The notes: generated by a model not told the origin, from the letters alone. Counted from the first letter of the stretch, positions 19,830 through 31,064 are shown. The stretch is 64,000 nt of DNA from an uncultured Gammaproteobacteria bacterium (GCA_963748215.1 CAVVHS010000006.1:672001-736000), one strand, 5' to 3'. A program made the numbers and translations.

Positions 19830-20020
19830 GGTTAATCCTCACACAACAAATAAAAAGGCACGGTCAGGTCCAGCAATGAAGCATGCGGCGCTGTCCGAAG
19901 ACAGCGCCAACCTTCCCAGGTTATTCATGACCGAAACGTGCCGTTCTGGTCACCATGAGGCTGCAGAACCCGATTAAATTTATTGTTATCTACACACCTG
20001 AAAAAAAGCGCCGGTACAAA

Positions 20021-20416
20021 TCAGGCGCGACCCATTACCGAAAAACTCTTGATGAACGGACCAGCCATGCGCGGATCCTTGATCATCGCACCGTAATCAC
20101 CGACATTGAACTTCAACTTGCGCGATGTATAGGCCATGCCCAGCCCCATCATTCCCGGCGGCTTGACCAGCCATTTGTTCCAGTTATCGAAGGTAGCGCG
20201 CAGGTCCCAGCTCAACTCCTCACCATTGAAGGTACCTGCCGAGGTTGCCTTGCCGTTTTCTATCTTGATGTAACCCCGCGGCGTGTCCTCACCGTCGAAT
20301 CCATACGCAATCGTGGAATTGAAGTTGATCTTCGCCAGAGCATCCGAAAGCTCCGGCTCAGCATTCCATTGCTCCATGAAGCTTTTCATCCACTCGTCAG
20401 AAAACAGATCAGCCAT
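20021..20416 (-). CDS. SCP2 sterol/lipid-binding domain protein
   Basis: LFSDEWM...WN, WDLRA...W, MAYTSRKLKFNVGDY pattern typical of SCP2-like proteins; hairpin and T-run straddle the stop (20001-20028). Confidence 0.72.
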   Translation of the reverse strand: MADLFSDEWMKSFMEQWNAEPELSDALAKINFNSTIAYGFDGEDTPRGYIKIENGKATSAGTFNGEELSWDLRATFDNWNKWLVKPPGMMGLGMAYTSRKLKFNVGDYGAMIKDPRMAGPFIKSFSVMGRA

Positions 20417-20938
20417 TTTTTTGTCTCCTCCAGGTTAATGGTATATTATCCAAGTATATTGCGAGTGTAACAAGCGAATCATACTAGATATGGGGTTCAA
20501 CCCAACACGCCTTTTACACAATTAGTGATCTTTGTGCCCATCCGGGGCACGTGCATCGTCGTCTATTGAGGACAAGTACAATACCCAATTCACATAATAT
20601 GTCTCAAAAGTCAATAAGAGAAGAAAATTATAGAGACTTTTGTATAAAGCTCCGCTTCGTTGCCCCTGCCTTTTCAGCCTGTTAGAAAACTGCAGCCAGA
20701 AAATTTATCACTCGGCTCAGGTACCCCTGCATGTATCCTCTTGATTGAACTGAGTGAATACGCCGCGTACTGTATCGCCGATGTGACGGAATGTTGACTA
20801 GATTAACATATTGGCATAAAAATAGGGTTGTGGCGTACCAGAAAAGTACAGCGTCCGTATAAGAAACAGTAGGTTATTGGATAGGGTATGTACTTTGCCT
20901 TGAAAACGATATCAAAAAGACAACAGGATGAGCGGAAA

Positions 20939-21409
20939 ATGAACCCTGGACAACAAAAATTCGACAGCAGAGCAATCGAGCAGCGCGATTCCAATCGCCG
21001 CAACCCGTCACTGTCCACGTTGCAGGGTGCGCTGTTTCTGAATCGACGTCGCCTGTTCCGGCGTGGCGAGGATCATGTTAATTCCTACAAGGATTGGCAT
21101 GGCCATTTACCGCTCGCTGCCACCCTGCTCATCATCCTGCTCTGTTTTGCGGACGCGTTTCTTACCACCGTGTTACTGGACAAGGGTGCGGTGGAAATGA
21201 ATGTGTTTATGAATTGGCTGATACAGAAAGACATCCATGCATTCACCATCGTCAAGATGGCACTCACCGGCACCGCACTCCTGGTGCTGGTGTTTCATTA
21301 CAACTTCATGATTTACCGCTATATTGCTGTCAAGTACGTCATGTTTGCACTGGTCCCGGCCTACATGCTGCTGATCTTGCATGAACTGAACATGCTAGCC
21401 AACTTCTAG
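20939..21409 (+). CDS. Membrane protein (DUF5658-like)
   Basis: DAFLTTVLLDKGAVEMNVFM...VKMALT pattern with three hydrophobic helices. Confidence 0.65.
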   Translation: MNPGQQKFDSRAIEQRDSNRRNPSLSTLQGALFLNRRRLFRRGEDHVNSYKDWHGHLPLAATLLIILLCFADAFLTTVLLDKGAVEMNVFMNWLIQKDIHAFTIVKMALTGTALLVLVFHYNFMIYRYIAVKYVMFALVPAYMLLILHELNMLANF

Positions 21410-21654
21410 CCGCACGGCGTCAGGCCTGCAATCCCGGCAGCACCCCGATATCTGGCTGCTGCGGCAATCAACCGACAACGTCGCCGCGAGCTGCACCACG
21501 TAAACACAACGACCCGCGTCCGGGCAGCGCTCGGCAATTCGGCACGAGGTTCAATATTTACTGTATTGCTGCCGGTATTACTGGTAACTTTGGCACACGC
21601 ATCGAGTTCCTTTCGACATGCAATCTCCACCCATCCAGACAACCGGGAGTCATC

Positions 21655-22350
21655 ATGTACACGCACGACTTGGACAAGAGCAACAGAACACGTATCGGAA
21701 AACCTGGCGCCACCCTCCTTGCTGCCGCAGTCGCAGTTGCACTTGGTGTCGCGGGCTGTACCACCAATCCCTATACCGGTGAACAGGAGGCCAGCAAGGC
21801 CGCAAAAGGAGCCGGCATTGGCGCTGTCAGTGGCGCGGTTATTTCGGCGATCACCGGCGGTAAACGCAAGAACGTCCTGCTCGGCGCAGGCATTGGCGCA
21901 CTGGCAGGCGGTGCGGTCGGCTATTACATGGACACGCAGGAGACAAAGCTGCGCCAGCAGCTGCAGAACACCGGCGTCAGCGTGACACGCAGTGGCGAAA
22001 ACATCATCCTCAACATGCCGGGCAATGTCACATTCGCCACGGACTCAAGCAATATATCGGCCGATTTCTACCAGGTACTCGATTCGGTTGCGCTCGTGAT
22101 CAATGAGTACGAAAAGACCTATGTCGATATCACGGGCCATACCGACAGCACCGGTGCCGATGACTACAACATGCAATTGTCGGTCGCGCGCGCCAACAGC
22201 GTTGCACGCTACCTCGAATCACGCAAGGTATTGCCGCAGCGCGTCTCCACCGTCGGCGCGGGCGAGACCAGCCCGATTGCCTCCAATGACACGGCCCAGG
22301 GCCGCGCCCTGAACCGGCGTGTCGAGATCCTGCTCACGCCGATTACCTGA
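21655..22350 (+). CDS. OmpA-family lipoprotein with glycine zipper (YiaD-like)
   Basis: Lipobox VAGC, CTTNPYTGE, glycine zipper, GHTDSTG, RALNRRVEI. Confidence 0.92.
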   Translation: MYTHDLDKSNRTRIGKPGATLLAAAVAVALGVAGCTTNPYTGEQEASKAAKGAGIGAVSGAVISAITGGKRKNVLLGAGIGALAGGAVGYYMDTQETKLRQQLQNTGVSVTRSGENIILNMPGNVTFATDSSNISADFYQVLDSVALVINEYEKTYVDITGHTDSTGADDYNMQLSVARANSVARYLESRKVLPQRVSTVGAGETSPIASNDTAQGRALNRRVEILLTPIT

Positions 22351-22370
22351 GTACACGACATCTCACGGAC

Positions 22371-22401
22371 AACAAAGGCCCGCATCATGCGGGCCTTTGT
22401 T
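22371..22401. terminator. Bidirectional intrinsic terminator
   Basis: aacaaaggcccgcat-c-atgcgggcctttgtt inverted repeat with A/T flanks on both sides. Confidence 0.8.
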
Positions 22402-22413
22402 TATTACCGGCCC

Positions 22414-22710
22414 GCGGCGGACCCTGCCTTTAATTTGTCTTCCCTGAGACCCGGTTCGGACTTCCGTACTTCACGGAAGTCCCAGCAACGGGTCCGGCCA
22501 CCTGACTGTTCGGCTCCGGCCTGTCTGGTCAGGCTGGATTTGCCTGACGCCGAAAGCCTCCGCATGGGCGGACCCGGATCGCGACAACAGCAATCACCAG
22601 TGCGGCCGCCCCGGCAGCCGTTTTTTGTTGTTGTCTCGCCGGCAAGAGGCCTGGTACACGGACTTCCGATCACCTGACCGGGATCACGAATACAAAGGCA
22701 GATGCACCGC
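22414..22710 (-). ncRNA. Candidate structured non-coding RNA (~300 nt), strand uncertain
   Basis: Long-range closing stem plus several internal hairpins (see findings); no credible ORF. Confidence 0.35.
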
Positions 22711-23163
22711 ACGCCACCGGGACTCGGACTCGGGCAGGCACTCCTGAGCCTAAAATCCGTCGGCTACCCGCTAGAATCCCGGCCTCTTACTGCGCCAACG
22801 CATCCCGAGGCGGCAGGCGCATGTCACAACGCACCACGGCAAGCGCCCCAGGTGAAATCATTGCACCCCTGACGCCCGGACCACGCCATCATTCCGTATA
22901 CGATCATATTTTGTAGTATTTTCAGTGTGATAATAATCGGCACCCGGCCTGGTTGCCGCCTGAAGATGCAATAGCCGGTTGCATGCCCCGACTCACAGCC
23001 GCCCACAGACGCCTATTTCCCGGCCCGAAGCTACCCTGTGGAATCAGACAGATACGTACGCTACTCGCATTAAGGAATCCCCCATACAGCCGATCAAGAA
23101 CACGATATGCAAGGGCCTTGTCCTTCAGCCATCAACGAGCGATCCCGGAACAGGTAATCAGCA

Positions 23164-25601
23164 ATGGGTACCGACATGCAAGCCACACCCAGCACACACG
23201 CGTGGGCCTCTACCATCCTCGATGACTGCCATCGCCTGGTATTGACACACGTTCACGCCCTGATGAAAAGAATGTTTGAGAACAGCGATACCGCGTTCCA
23301 GGAGTTCGTCGACAAGGCACAGTCCAACGCCTCGCAGATTCGCTTCATGGAAGCCATGACCATTATCAACAAGAATCGCGCGCACGTTGAAGAAGTCTTC
23401 TACAGGCACCTGGGCAAGGGCTTCAAGGAATTCGGTCACCTGAAATATGCCGCCAAGCTGGGGGCCGCGCAGCGAAGCGAGCCGCTCAAGCTGGTCAGCA
23501 AGGAAGAATCCGACATCGATGTCGCGCTGCAAAACATGGCATCCAGCGCCGCCTCGGGATCCACGCATGTACTGTATGCCATTCGCCAGCGCCTGGCAGT
23601 CCTCAACAACGGGCGCAAGCTGGAGGAAGACCAGATTCCATCAGGACCGCATTGTCTTGCCGGTTCCTTTCACGAGGCCGCGCAGGAGCTGGTACTCGAT
23701 CACGAAACCAGGCTGATCGTCTACATGCTGTTCGACAAGTTCGTGTTGAGCAGGACGACGCTGCTGTACGACGAATATAACCAGCGATTGCTGAAAGCCG
23801 GTCTGCTGCCGAATCTCAAGTACGAAGTGCGCAAGCAGCCGGTCAAGGCAGAGCGGCGCGGTGGTCGCGGCAGTCCCGAAGCAGCCCGCGGCGACGCCGG
23901 AAACGGTAGCGATGCTAACGGTGGTGCAACGGGGCAGTCGCTGGGTGATGAGCTGTTCAGCAATATCCTGCAGCTGTTGTCCCGTCGTGACAGACAGGAT
24001 GGCGGCAATGCTTCCGGGGGGGGCGTAGCGTCCAATCCGCTGCCGCAGGAAGAAGTTGTCTCTGCCATTCACCAGTTGCAGCTGAGAAGGCATTCGGACC
24101 CGGCGGAGCCGGTCGGCGTTGCGACAGCCGCCAGCGGAGCACAGCGTGACCGGCACCTGGTCAAGACCATGCTCTCGCAGCTGTCCGATGAGCGCGATCG
24201 GCTGTTCACCGGCCTCGATCGCCGCAGACTGCCAAGCGCGGACACGCAGGTCATCGATCTTGTCGGGATGATGTTCGAATACCTGTTGAATGACCCGGAT
24301 CTGCCCAGCGTAGCGAAGGCCGAATTGTGCCGGCTGCACACGCCGTACCTCAAGGTCGCCATCATCGACAAAACACTGTTCACCAATGCCAGGCATCCCG
24401 CACACGAATTACTGAACATGCTGGCCGGTGCCGGCACGAAATGGGTATTCGAGAACGACCTGTCACGCGGCATCTTCCCGATGATGCGCATGATCATCCA
24501 GCGCATCATCGAGGATTTCGAGAACAATATCGAGATTTTTGGCGAACTGCTCGAACAGTGTCGTAACAGTATCCGCGACCTCGAGAACAAGGCCACGGCA
24601 ATCGAGCAACGCACACGTCAGGCTGCGGCCGGCAAGGAAAAACTGAATCTGGCCCGCAACTGCGCAGCCAGTGCCATCGAAACGCGGGTGACCGGGCGGA
24701 ATGTGCCCGGCGAACTGCGCAAGGTCATGGGTGATGCCTGGCTCGACAAGCTGATGTTCATATACCTGCGTGAGCCCGAATCCGAGTACAGCACCACGTG
24801 GAGCCTGGCGATCCAGACCATTGATAACATTGTCTGGAGTGTCGAACCACGATCCTCGGACAAATCACGCAAGGAATTGCGAGACAAACTCCCGGTTCTC
24901 CGCAGAAAGATTGAACGCGCATTCGAAATGCTCGACGCCTACGGCGCCAGCGACAATGCGGCACAACTGGCGCTGATCAGCAAGTTGCAGGATGCAGCGC
25001 TGGTCGCACCCGCCGAGGACGCCCCGGTTCCGGCCCAGGTAACCGGGCAACAGCTTCCCGACAAGTCGGAAGACGTTGCCGTACAGGCCACACCTGCCGC
25101 CGACGCTGCCGAAAAAGCCTCTGCAGACATCGCCGCAACCGAAACAGTCCCCGCTGACGCCGTCGCAACCGAAACAGTCCCTGCACTGATGCCGTCGCTG
25201 CCGAAAAAGCTGCACCGGACAGCCAACCCGCGGCTGAAAACAAACAGGATGCACCCGCCAAAGACAAGCCCGGCAAGAAAACAAAGCGGCTTTCACCCAG
25301 GATCAAGAAAGCCCTTGCACAGGTCGAGGAACTCGCGTTCGGCACCTGGTTCGCCTTCCAGGAAAACGAGGAAAGCCCACCGGTAAGGCTAAAACTGTCA
25401 TGGTTCTCGCAGATGTCGGGAAACTATATGTTCGTCGACAGCATGGGAATCAAGGCTGCAGTCAAAAATCGAGTCGAGCTGGCCACCCTGCTCGCAAATA
25501 ACAAGGTCAGGATCATCAAAAACGACAAACAGTCATTCGTAACACGCGCGATGGAATCGGTGCGTCGCATGTTAAGCAACAATGACAAGACAGTACACTA
25601 G
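23164..25601 (+). pseudogene. DUF1631-family protein, frameshifted near 25182-25186 (real or assembly error)
   Basis: The 740-aa ORF has DUF1631-like motifs (IDLVGMMFEYLLNDPDLP, RLHTPYLKVAIID...HPAHELLN). The conserved C-terminus (FGTWFAF...RLKLSWFSQMSGNYMFVDSMGIK) lies in another frame ending at TAG 25601. Confidence 0.78.
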
Positions 25602-25625
25602 GCGATAGCCCGGGAGTAAACCAGG

Positions 25626-25973
25626 ATGAGTGGACAGAAAAAGTCACCGAGTGAAATGCGCAAGACCGTCCGGGTGGATGTCCCGGGTACCGTATGCGTG
25701 ACCGACGTGCAGGCCGATCGCGATTTCGGCCAGCTCGTCAATATCAGCGAGGAAGGCCTGATGATACTGGTATCGGAACCCGTGGCCGAGAATTCCATCT
25801 TCCAGCTGACCCTGGGGTTCTGCAACGAGGCCGGCGACAGCGAGCCCATCGAAATCGGCGTCGAATGCCTGTGGTGCAATCAGAGCAACAATGCAGACCA
25901 GTACTGGGCCGGCTTTTACATCATCGATATCTCGGAACAGGACCAGGAAAAAATGCGGCGGCTGATCGGCTAG
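25626..25973 (+). CDS. Stand-alone PilZ domain protein
   Basis: RKTVR (RxxxR) and NISEEG (D/NxSxxG) c-di-GMP-binding motifs. Confidence 0.85.
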   Translation: MSGQKKSPSEMRKTVRVDVPGTVCVTDVQADRDFGQLVNISEEGLMILVSEPVAENSIFQLTLGFCNEAGDSEPIEIGVECLWCNQSNNADQYWAGFYIIDISEQDQEKMRRLIG

Positions 25974-27128
25974 GCATTGCATTTCACGAGCTTGCCACGG
26001 ACTGAACCTGCCCGCCAGAATCTTCCAGCCACAGGGCAACCGGGCACAGCGACGGATCATTGAATCATCCAGAGACTACCCTCTCCCGGGCGAACGCCTG
26101 GCGATGTAGTACATGGCACCGCGCGGTGCCGCCCGAGACTCCCTGATCTTCTCGCGGCTTCGGCACTGACACGCACCGATCCGCAGTCAAGCACCGGCAA
26201 TGAATCGATGTCATGTACAGCCATCATCTCTGTGATTCGCTGCAGCAAGACCAACGACTGGGTTCATTCCCGGTCCTGCAGCCCCCTTGAAGCATTGCGT
26301 AAAATTTCGATGGAGAGCGAATGCCCACCAGCACAAATAATGAAACCGGCCCACATATCCGATCCAGACTGCAGTATTACGACCTGCCTGCCTGCAACCC
26401 TGGCTGGCCAGCAGTCAGCGGGTGCCGGCGTTGCTGCATCCCGATCACCGCGCCGCACTGGCCAGCTATTCGCCCGGCGCCGCAACTCGATGCCGGCGCA
26501 TTGCACAACAGCCACCCGCTGGATCGCGCCCAGTACGTCTGGATCAAGACCATGCTGGAACGCCAGATCCTCACCTGGGGCGGCGATCACGTCGACATGG
26601 CCCGGCGCAAGGCGGCGTAACTGGATTGGGTCGCATCAGCACGGCTCAACCGCGGGCCGCTGAACGATCCGGTCACCGCGTGCCGTTCGGCCAGTCATTG
26701 ACGACCCGGCATTGCAACATGCCGGCGCCGGTCGTGGCAATACCCAGGCCCGACGCGGGCCGGCTGCCGACAATTCGGGCAATCGTCGTCCTGGCAACGC
26801 CAGACCGCGACGCAAGCAGGGTTGATCAGGGGATCAGGCGCCACGACGACCTGCCAGGACGCGGGATGTCCCGTCCGGGCGCAATGGCGGGCACACCTGC
26901 CGCATAACAGTGTCGTGCGAACCCGTTGACCAGTGCAGGGTTACAGCTCGGCACGGCTCGTTTCTTACCAGGGATGGATTATGCCGCGCAGTATTCTGGT
27001 CCAGGGCTGATCGTGTGGTTTCGCCGAAGGCCCGGATCGATCCGTAGTCCAGTTCCGGATAGCCGCCAGGATGAGTTAATATACCGGATCGGGCACCCTT
27101 TCGCGTTGCCATTGTCTGGAGATGTCAG

Positions 27129-27554
27129 ATGAACAGCTGCAACATCAATCCTGTCTGGCGGGCAACGCTGCTCATCCTGTTGTTGACCGGGATCGTCGGT
27201 TGTACCGCGTATTACCGCGAAGGCCCGCCGGTCTACAGATCGGCCTACTACCAATACCCGTACCACTACTATTATTACCCCAGCAGCCGCGTCTACTTTA
27301 ATATTTCATCCGGTTATTACTACTACCCCGACGGTGACCGCTGGATCCGCATCAGGCAGCTACCACCGAAATACCGCCTGGACCATCATGATCGCGTGCC
27401 ACTCTGGATCGATGCCGACAAGCCGTATTCGAGGTACAGCCAGCATCGCGACAGGTACCGGCCGGACCCGCACTACAAGCCTGACCCGTCACGAGATCCC
27501 GAGGAGCGCCGGCACAATGAGCGGGAGCACGAACGGTATCGGAACCGCCGCTAG
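27129..27554 (+). CDS. Small Tyr-rich lipoprotein, hypothetical
   Basis: Lipobox IVGC; YYYYPSSRVYF...YYYPDGDRW; charged C-terminus. Confidence 0.7.
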   Translation: MNSCNINPVWRATLLILLLTGIVGCTAYYREGPPVYRSAYYQYPYHYYYYPSSRVYFNISSGYYYYPDGDRWIRIRQLPPKYRLDHHDRVPLWIDADKPYSRYSQHRDRYRPDPHYKPDPSRDPEERRHNEREHERYRNRR

Positions 27555-27685
27555 GTACTGACGCCAACACCTGTCGGGTTCAAATGGCGATCCGGGTGGA
27601 TTCCGTACCTGCTTGCAGCGAGGATGTGACACCGGTATGCCATGGCATGCAGCCGTGAGCACTACCCGATCCAACCACCCGTCTG

Positions 27686-29029
27686 TCAGAACTTTGCCTG
27701 GTAGCCAAGACTTACGAAATAGGATGAGTGGCTGTCATTGGCCGTGACATTCTCACCATTTGACAGGTTACCACCGGCCTCAATATGGAAGCCGAACTGT
27801 TTATTCGGGCGGTATTCCATTTTCACTTTCGGTGTGGCGGCCCAATGCTCACTGCCTTCGTCTGCGGGGCTATGGTAGTCGGCCCGCAGCTGGGAAATCA
27901 GGTTCCAGAACCGCTTGATGGCATATTTGGTATCGAAGGTCGCCGTGTAGGAACGGCCGGTTTCGGTAATGGAATGGCGCAGGTCGAGCTTGCTGCGGTC
28001 ACCCGGCACCATCAGGTCCTTGCCGGTGATCTTCACATGGTAATAGGTCTCGCTCGAATCGACCCTGCTCCCCGGGTCCGCATCGTTCGTGACATCGATC
28101 AGGACCACATCCCCCCTCAACCTGATGCGTCGGGAGAATGCGTATGACAGGTCAATGGCCAGGGTGCCTACTTCATTGGTACCGCCAGCAGTATGGACCG
28201 CCAGCCTGTCGGTGGGCAGGATCCAGTCCCAGCCATCTATCACGGTCATGGATTGTGTCAGGTACTTCTGCTGCAACCCGGGTATCGGGCGGCTCTGCAG
28301 GTCGAGTGTTGCACTGAGGGTCGTTTTGTAGGGCAGCTTGAGCGCGCCCGATGCCATGAGCGTCCCCACTGAACGTGAGGCGGGATCGTAATCGAGGTAA
28401 ATCAGCATCGACCGCCCCGGTTTCAGGTAGCGCATGGCACCGCCCATCGACCTGCCGACCACCCGCCCGCCTGCCTGCTGCTCGACCAGGTAGCTGTTCA
28501 GCTCCCAGGTATTGGCCAGATGCTCCGTGGTGGCGCTGATACCGAACATCTGCCGGTCGGGATTGAACACGTCCGCTGCAGCGAGTACGGGATAACCGGC
28601 AATGCCATTCAGGATCAGGCCGTCACCCAGACGGTAGTCCACGCGCACACCGTCGAAGTCGCCGAGAATGTTATCGTGGGTGCCGATGCGGCGACCCAGC
28701 TGAATCGTGAACGGCAGACGCGTATCAGTGGAGTTGATACACGGTTTTTCCGCAGCCGGCAAATCGGCATGCTCAGCACCCGCGATACCCTGCAAGCAGG
28801 CAGGATTGTCGAAGGCGATGCCACCCTGCTGTTCAGGCATGTCGTCGGTAACGACGTCTTGTTGAAATGACTGTGCCGCCTTTCCGGAGCGAAGGCCGGT
28901 CGCCGGTAATTCCGTAGCAACTTGAGGTCCCTGGTTGCCCGTATTGGCCCATGCATCCGCGGCACATAGCAGCGTGCCCGAACCCAGCAACAGTGCGCAT
29001 GCCAGTCGGATCACAGGCCGGAGTCTCAT
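27686..29029 (-). CDS. Putative outer-membrane beta-barrel protein
   Basis: Signal peptide (MRLRPVIRL...AWA); amphipathic beta strands; C-terminal YFVSLGYQAKF beta-signal. Start uncertain (ORF open from 29134). Confidence 0.6.
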   Translation of the reverse strand: MRLRPVIRLACALLLGSGTLLCAADAWANTGNQGPQVATELPATGLRSGKAAQSFQQDVVTDDMPEQQGGIAFDNPACLQGIAGAEHADLPAAEKPCINSTDTRLPFTIQLGRRIGTHDNILGDFDGVRVDYRLGDGLILNGIAGYPVLAAADVFNPDRQMFGISATTEHLANTWELNSYLVEQQAGGRVVGRSMGGAMRYLKPGRSMLIYLDYDPASRSVGTLMASGALKLPYKTTLSATLDLQSRPIPGLQQKYLTQSMTVIDGWDWILPTDRLAVHTAGGTNEVGTLAIDLSYAFSRRIRLRGDVVLIDVTNDADPGSRVDSSETYYHVKITGKDLMVPGDRSKLDLRHSITETGRSYTATFDTKYAIKRFWNLISQLRADYHSPADEGSEHWAATPKVKMEYRPNKQFGFHIEAGGNLSNGENVTANDSHSSYFVSLGYQAKF

Positions 29030-29956
29030 CTCACGTCCGTCCCGGCCCGGCGCAAGCACCTCGGGTTTCCAGATCGTTTCATCTCGGGTTTCCGTTCCAC
29101 TGTCCAGTGAGGATGTCGGTCCCGCGGTGGGCAATCTTGAGACACGGGCCGAAAGACCACGTCCTGGCCGAAAAAATCCGGCATCGGACGAAAAGTCAAG
29201 ACACCCCCGCAGGGAATAGTGTGCATTGCGTCACAGACCGAAGAATCAATGCTTGCGAATTTACTTATCAGCTGATCGATTCGCTTGCCGATCCGATGCG
29301 CTGGGTAAGCGGTGATACTGCGCAGGGCGTACCATGGCGCACGGCGTCGCGGTCCGGAACGAATGCTGCGGTCGATGGGAGCACAGGAGGTACATGGAAG
29401 CTTGCAACGCACGACCGGAAACAACCGATGAACTTCGGCGAAAGGCTGTGAAGCGCCTGTGAGGACGAGGCCGGCCGGCGTCGCGGCACTGTTTTGTTCC
29501 ACTCGATCGCAGCACTAACGAACTCCCTTTCGTCAGATCCGGGACTGCAAACAACGGCAGAAAAAACTACCAGATTGCAGCCGTATTGGCCATCCCTGTC
29601 CGGCAGGGTTCGCAATCGTCACGAGCACAGCTTGTTCCGCCGCGCCCGACAGAACGCCATCACCTTCGAGTTACTGGATGTCGTCTCGGTCTTTGAAGCG
29701 ATTACGGGAGCGAAACATAATTGTCCTGCAGGCGGCCGCCGCGCAGCGACGTTCTACTCTCCCTACGGTCGCTTGGCGAACGCATAAATTATTGTTTTAT
29801 ACTGATGAATGCTGGTACGCCAGTTGCCTAAATTGCCTAACTATGCAGGATGATGCGGAATTGAATTCTGCAATAGTCCCGCACGCAATTCCACACCGTA
29901 TAGACGCCACCTCAGTCTTGTTCTTGATGACTTTTCAAGCCCGCTTGTCTACATGA

Positions 29957-30075
29957 TTAGGGAACCTCTGATTAATTCACTCATCGTCATCCCGGCGCAT
30001 GCCGGGAGCCAGATTTTTCAATGACCTGGATGCCGGCCTTCGCCGGCATGACGAATTAAGTCAGAGATTCCCTAA
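29957..30075. mobile_element. MITE-like element with IS5-like terminal inverted repeats and internal palindromes, copy 1
   Basis: TTAGGGAACCTCTGATTAATTC...GAATTAAGTCAGAGATTCCCTAA enclosing GTCATCCCGGCGCATGCCGGGA...GATGCCGGCCTTCGCCGGCATGAC. Confidence 0.7.
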
Positions 30076-30157
30076 AAAACGCGCATTGCGCGCAGCTATA
30101 GGAGCCCATCGTATGCGCGAACAATGTCGCCGACCCCACTCGCTACCGGTAAACCAG

Positions 30158-30272
30158 AGGAACCTCTCTTGAATTCGCTCATCGTCATCCCGGCGCATGC
30201 CGGGATCCAGTGTTTTCGATAACCGGGATGCCGGCCTTCGCCGGCATGACGAATTAATCAGAGATTCCTTAG
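30158..30272. mobile_element. MITE-like element, copy 2
   Basis: Direct, near-identical copy of 29957..30075 with a degenerate left end. Confidence 0.7.
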
Positions 30273-30395
30273 GATTCGCCATGCACAGGTACTGATAGCC
30301 ATCCTTTGCTGCCTTTGGCATGGACGTCATCGATGTGTCAGAACGTTCGATAGGGCCGCCTGGTGAGATAGTCGGGTTCGTCATTCGCGGCCCGA

Positions 30396-30938
30396 TCACG
30401 GCTCCGCTGCCAGCTGTTTCAGCAGCTCGATGATATCAGCCCTGCCCCACTCCACCGGGCCACGTCCGATGAAGCGAACCCGGCCGCTGCCATCCAGGAC
30501 GTAGGCCGTGGGGAGGACGCTAGCGCCCCAGCCCCTGAATGCCACACTGTCCTTGTCCAGCAGAACGGGGTACTCAATACCAAGCCGCTCAACCGCCGCT
30601 CGCACCCGTCGCCCGGCTTCACCGACGTTCACCCCGATCACCGCAAAGGGCGCGTCTGACATTGCCTCCATCAGTCGCTGGATGTCGGGCATCTCCTCGA
30701 TGCACGGCCTGCACCAGCTCGCCCAGAAGTTGACGAGCAGCACCTTGCCGGCGAACTCGTTCAGACTCCGTGCCCGCCCCGCAAGGTCCGGCAGTCTAAT
30801 AATTGGCGGCAGCACCGCAGGTACCTCGGTCAGCTCGCCGGCAGACGCGGGAAGCGGGAAAAGCCACAGGAGCGAAAGCATCAGAACCATCGTTGCGATA
30901 GCGCGAAGCGCCGTGTGTCGGCTTGTTGCGGCAGTCAT
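30396..30938 (-). CDS. TlpA/ResA-like thiol-disulfide oxidoreductase
   Basis: Signal peptide; LVNFWASWCRPCIEEMP; LPTAYVLD. Confidence 0.9.
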   Translation of the reverse strand: MTAATSRHTALRAIATMVLMLSLLWLFPLPASAGELTEVPAVLPPIIRLPDLAGRARSLNEFAGKVLLVNFWASWCRPCIEEMPDIQRLMEAMSDAPFAVIGVNVGEAGRRVRAAVERLGIEYPVLLDKDSVAFRGWGASVLPTAYVLDGSGRVRFIGRGPVEWGRADIIELLKQLAAEP

Positions 30939-31064
30939 GCGGGATTGTCCCGGGTTGCAGGGAATGCCTGTATTGACACACCTATCACGTCAAGTCGCAG
31001 TCCGCCATCGGCGGGCAAGGCCGGCAATCCACGCGATCGGGTGCGTCGGCCTCTGAATCGTAAT

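Noticed and set aside
26000-27100. Several overlapping short ORFs, e.g. 26321..26620
   Set aside because: No motifs or convincing coding signal; cannot support a call
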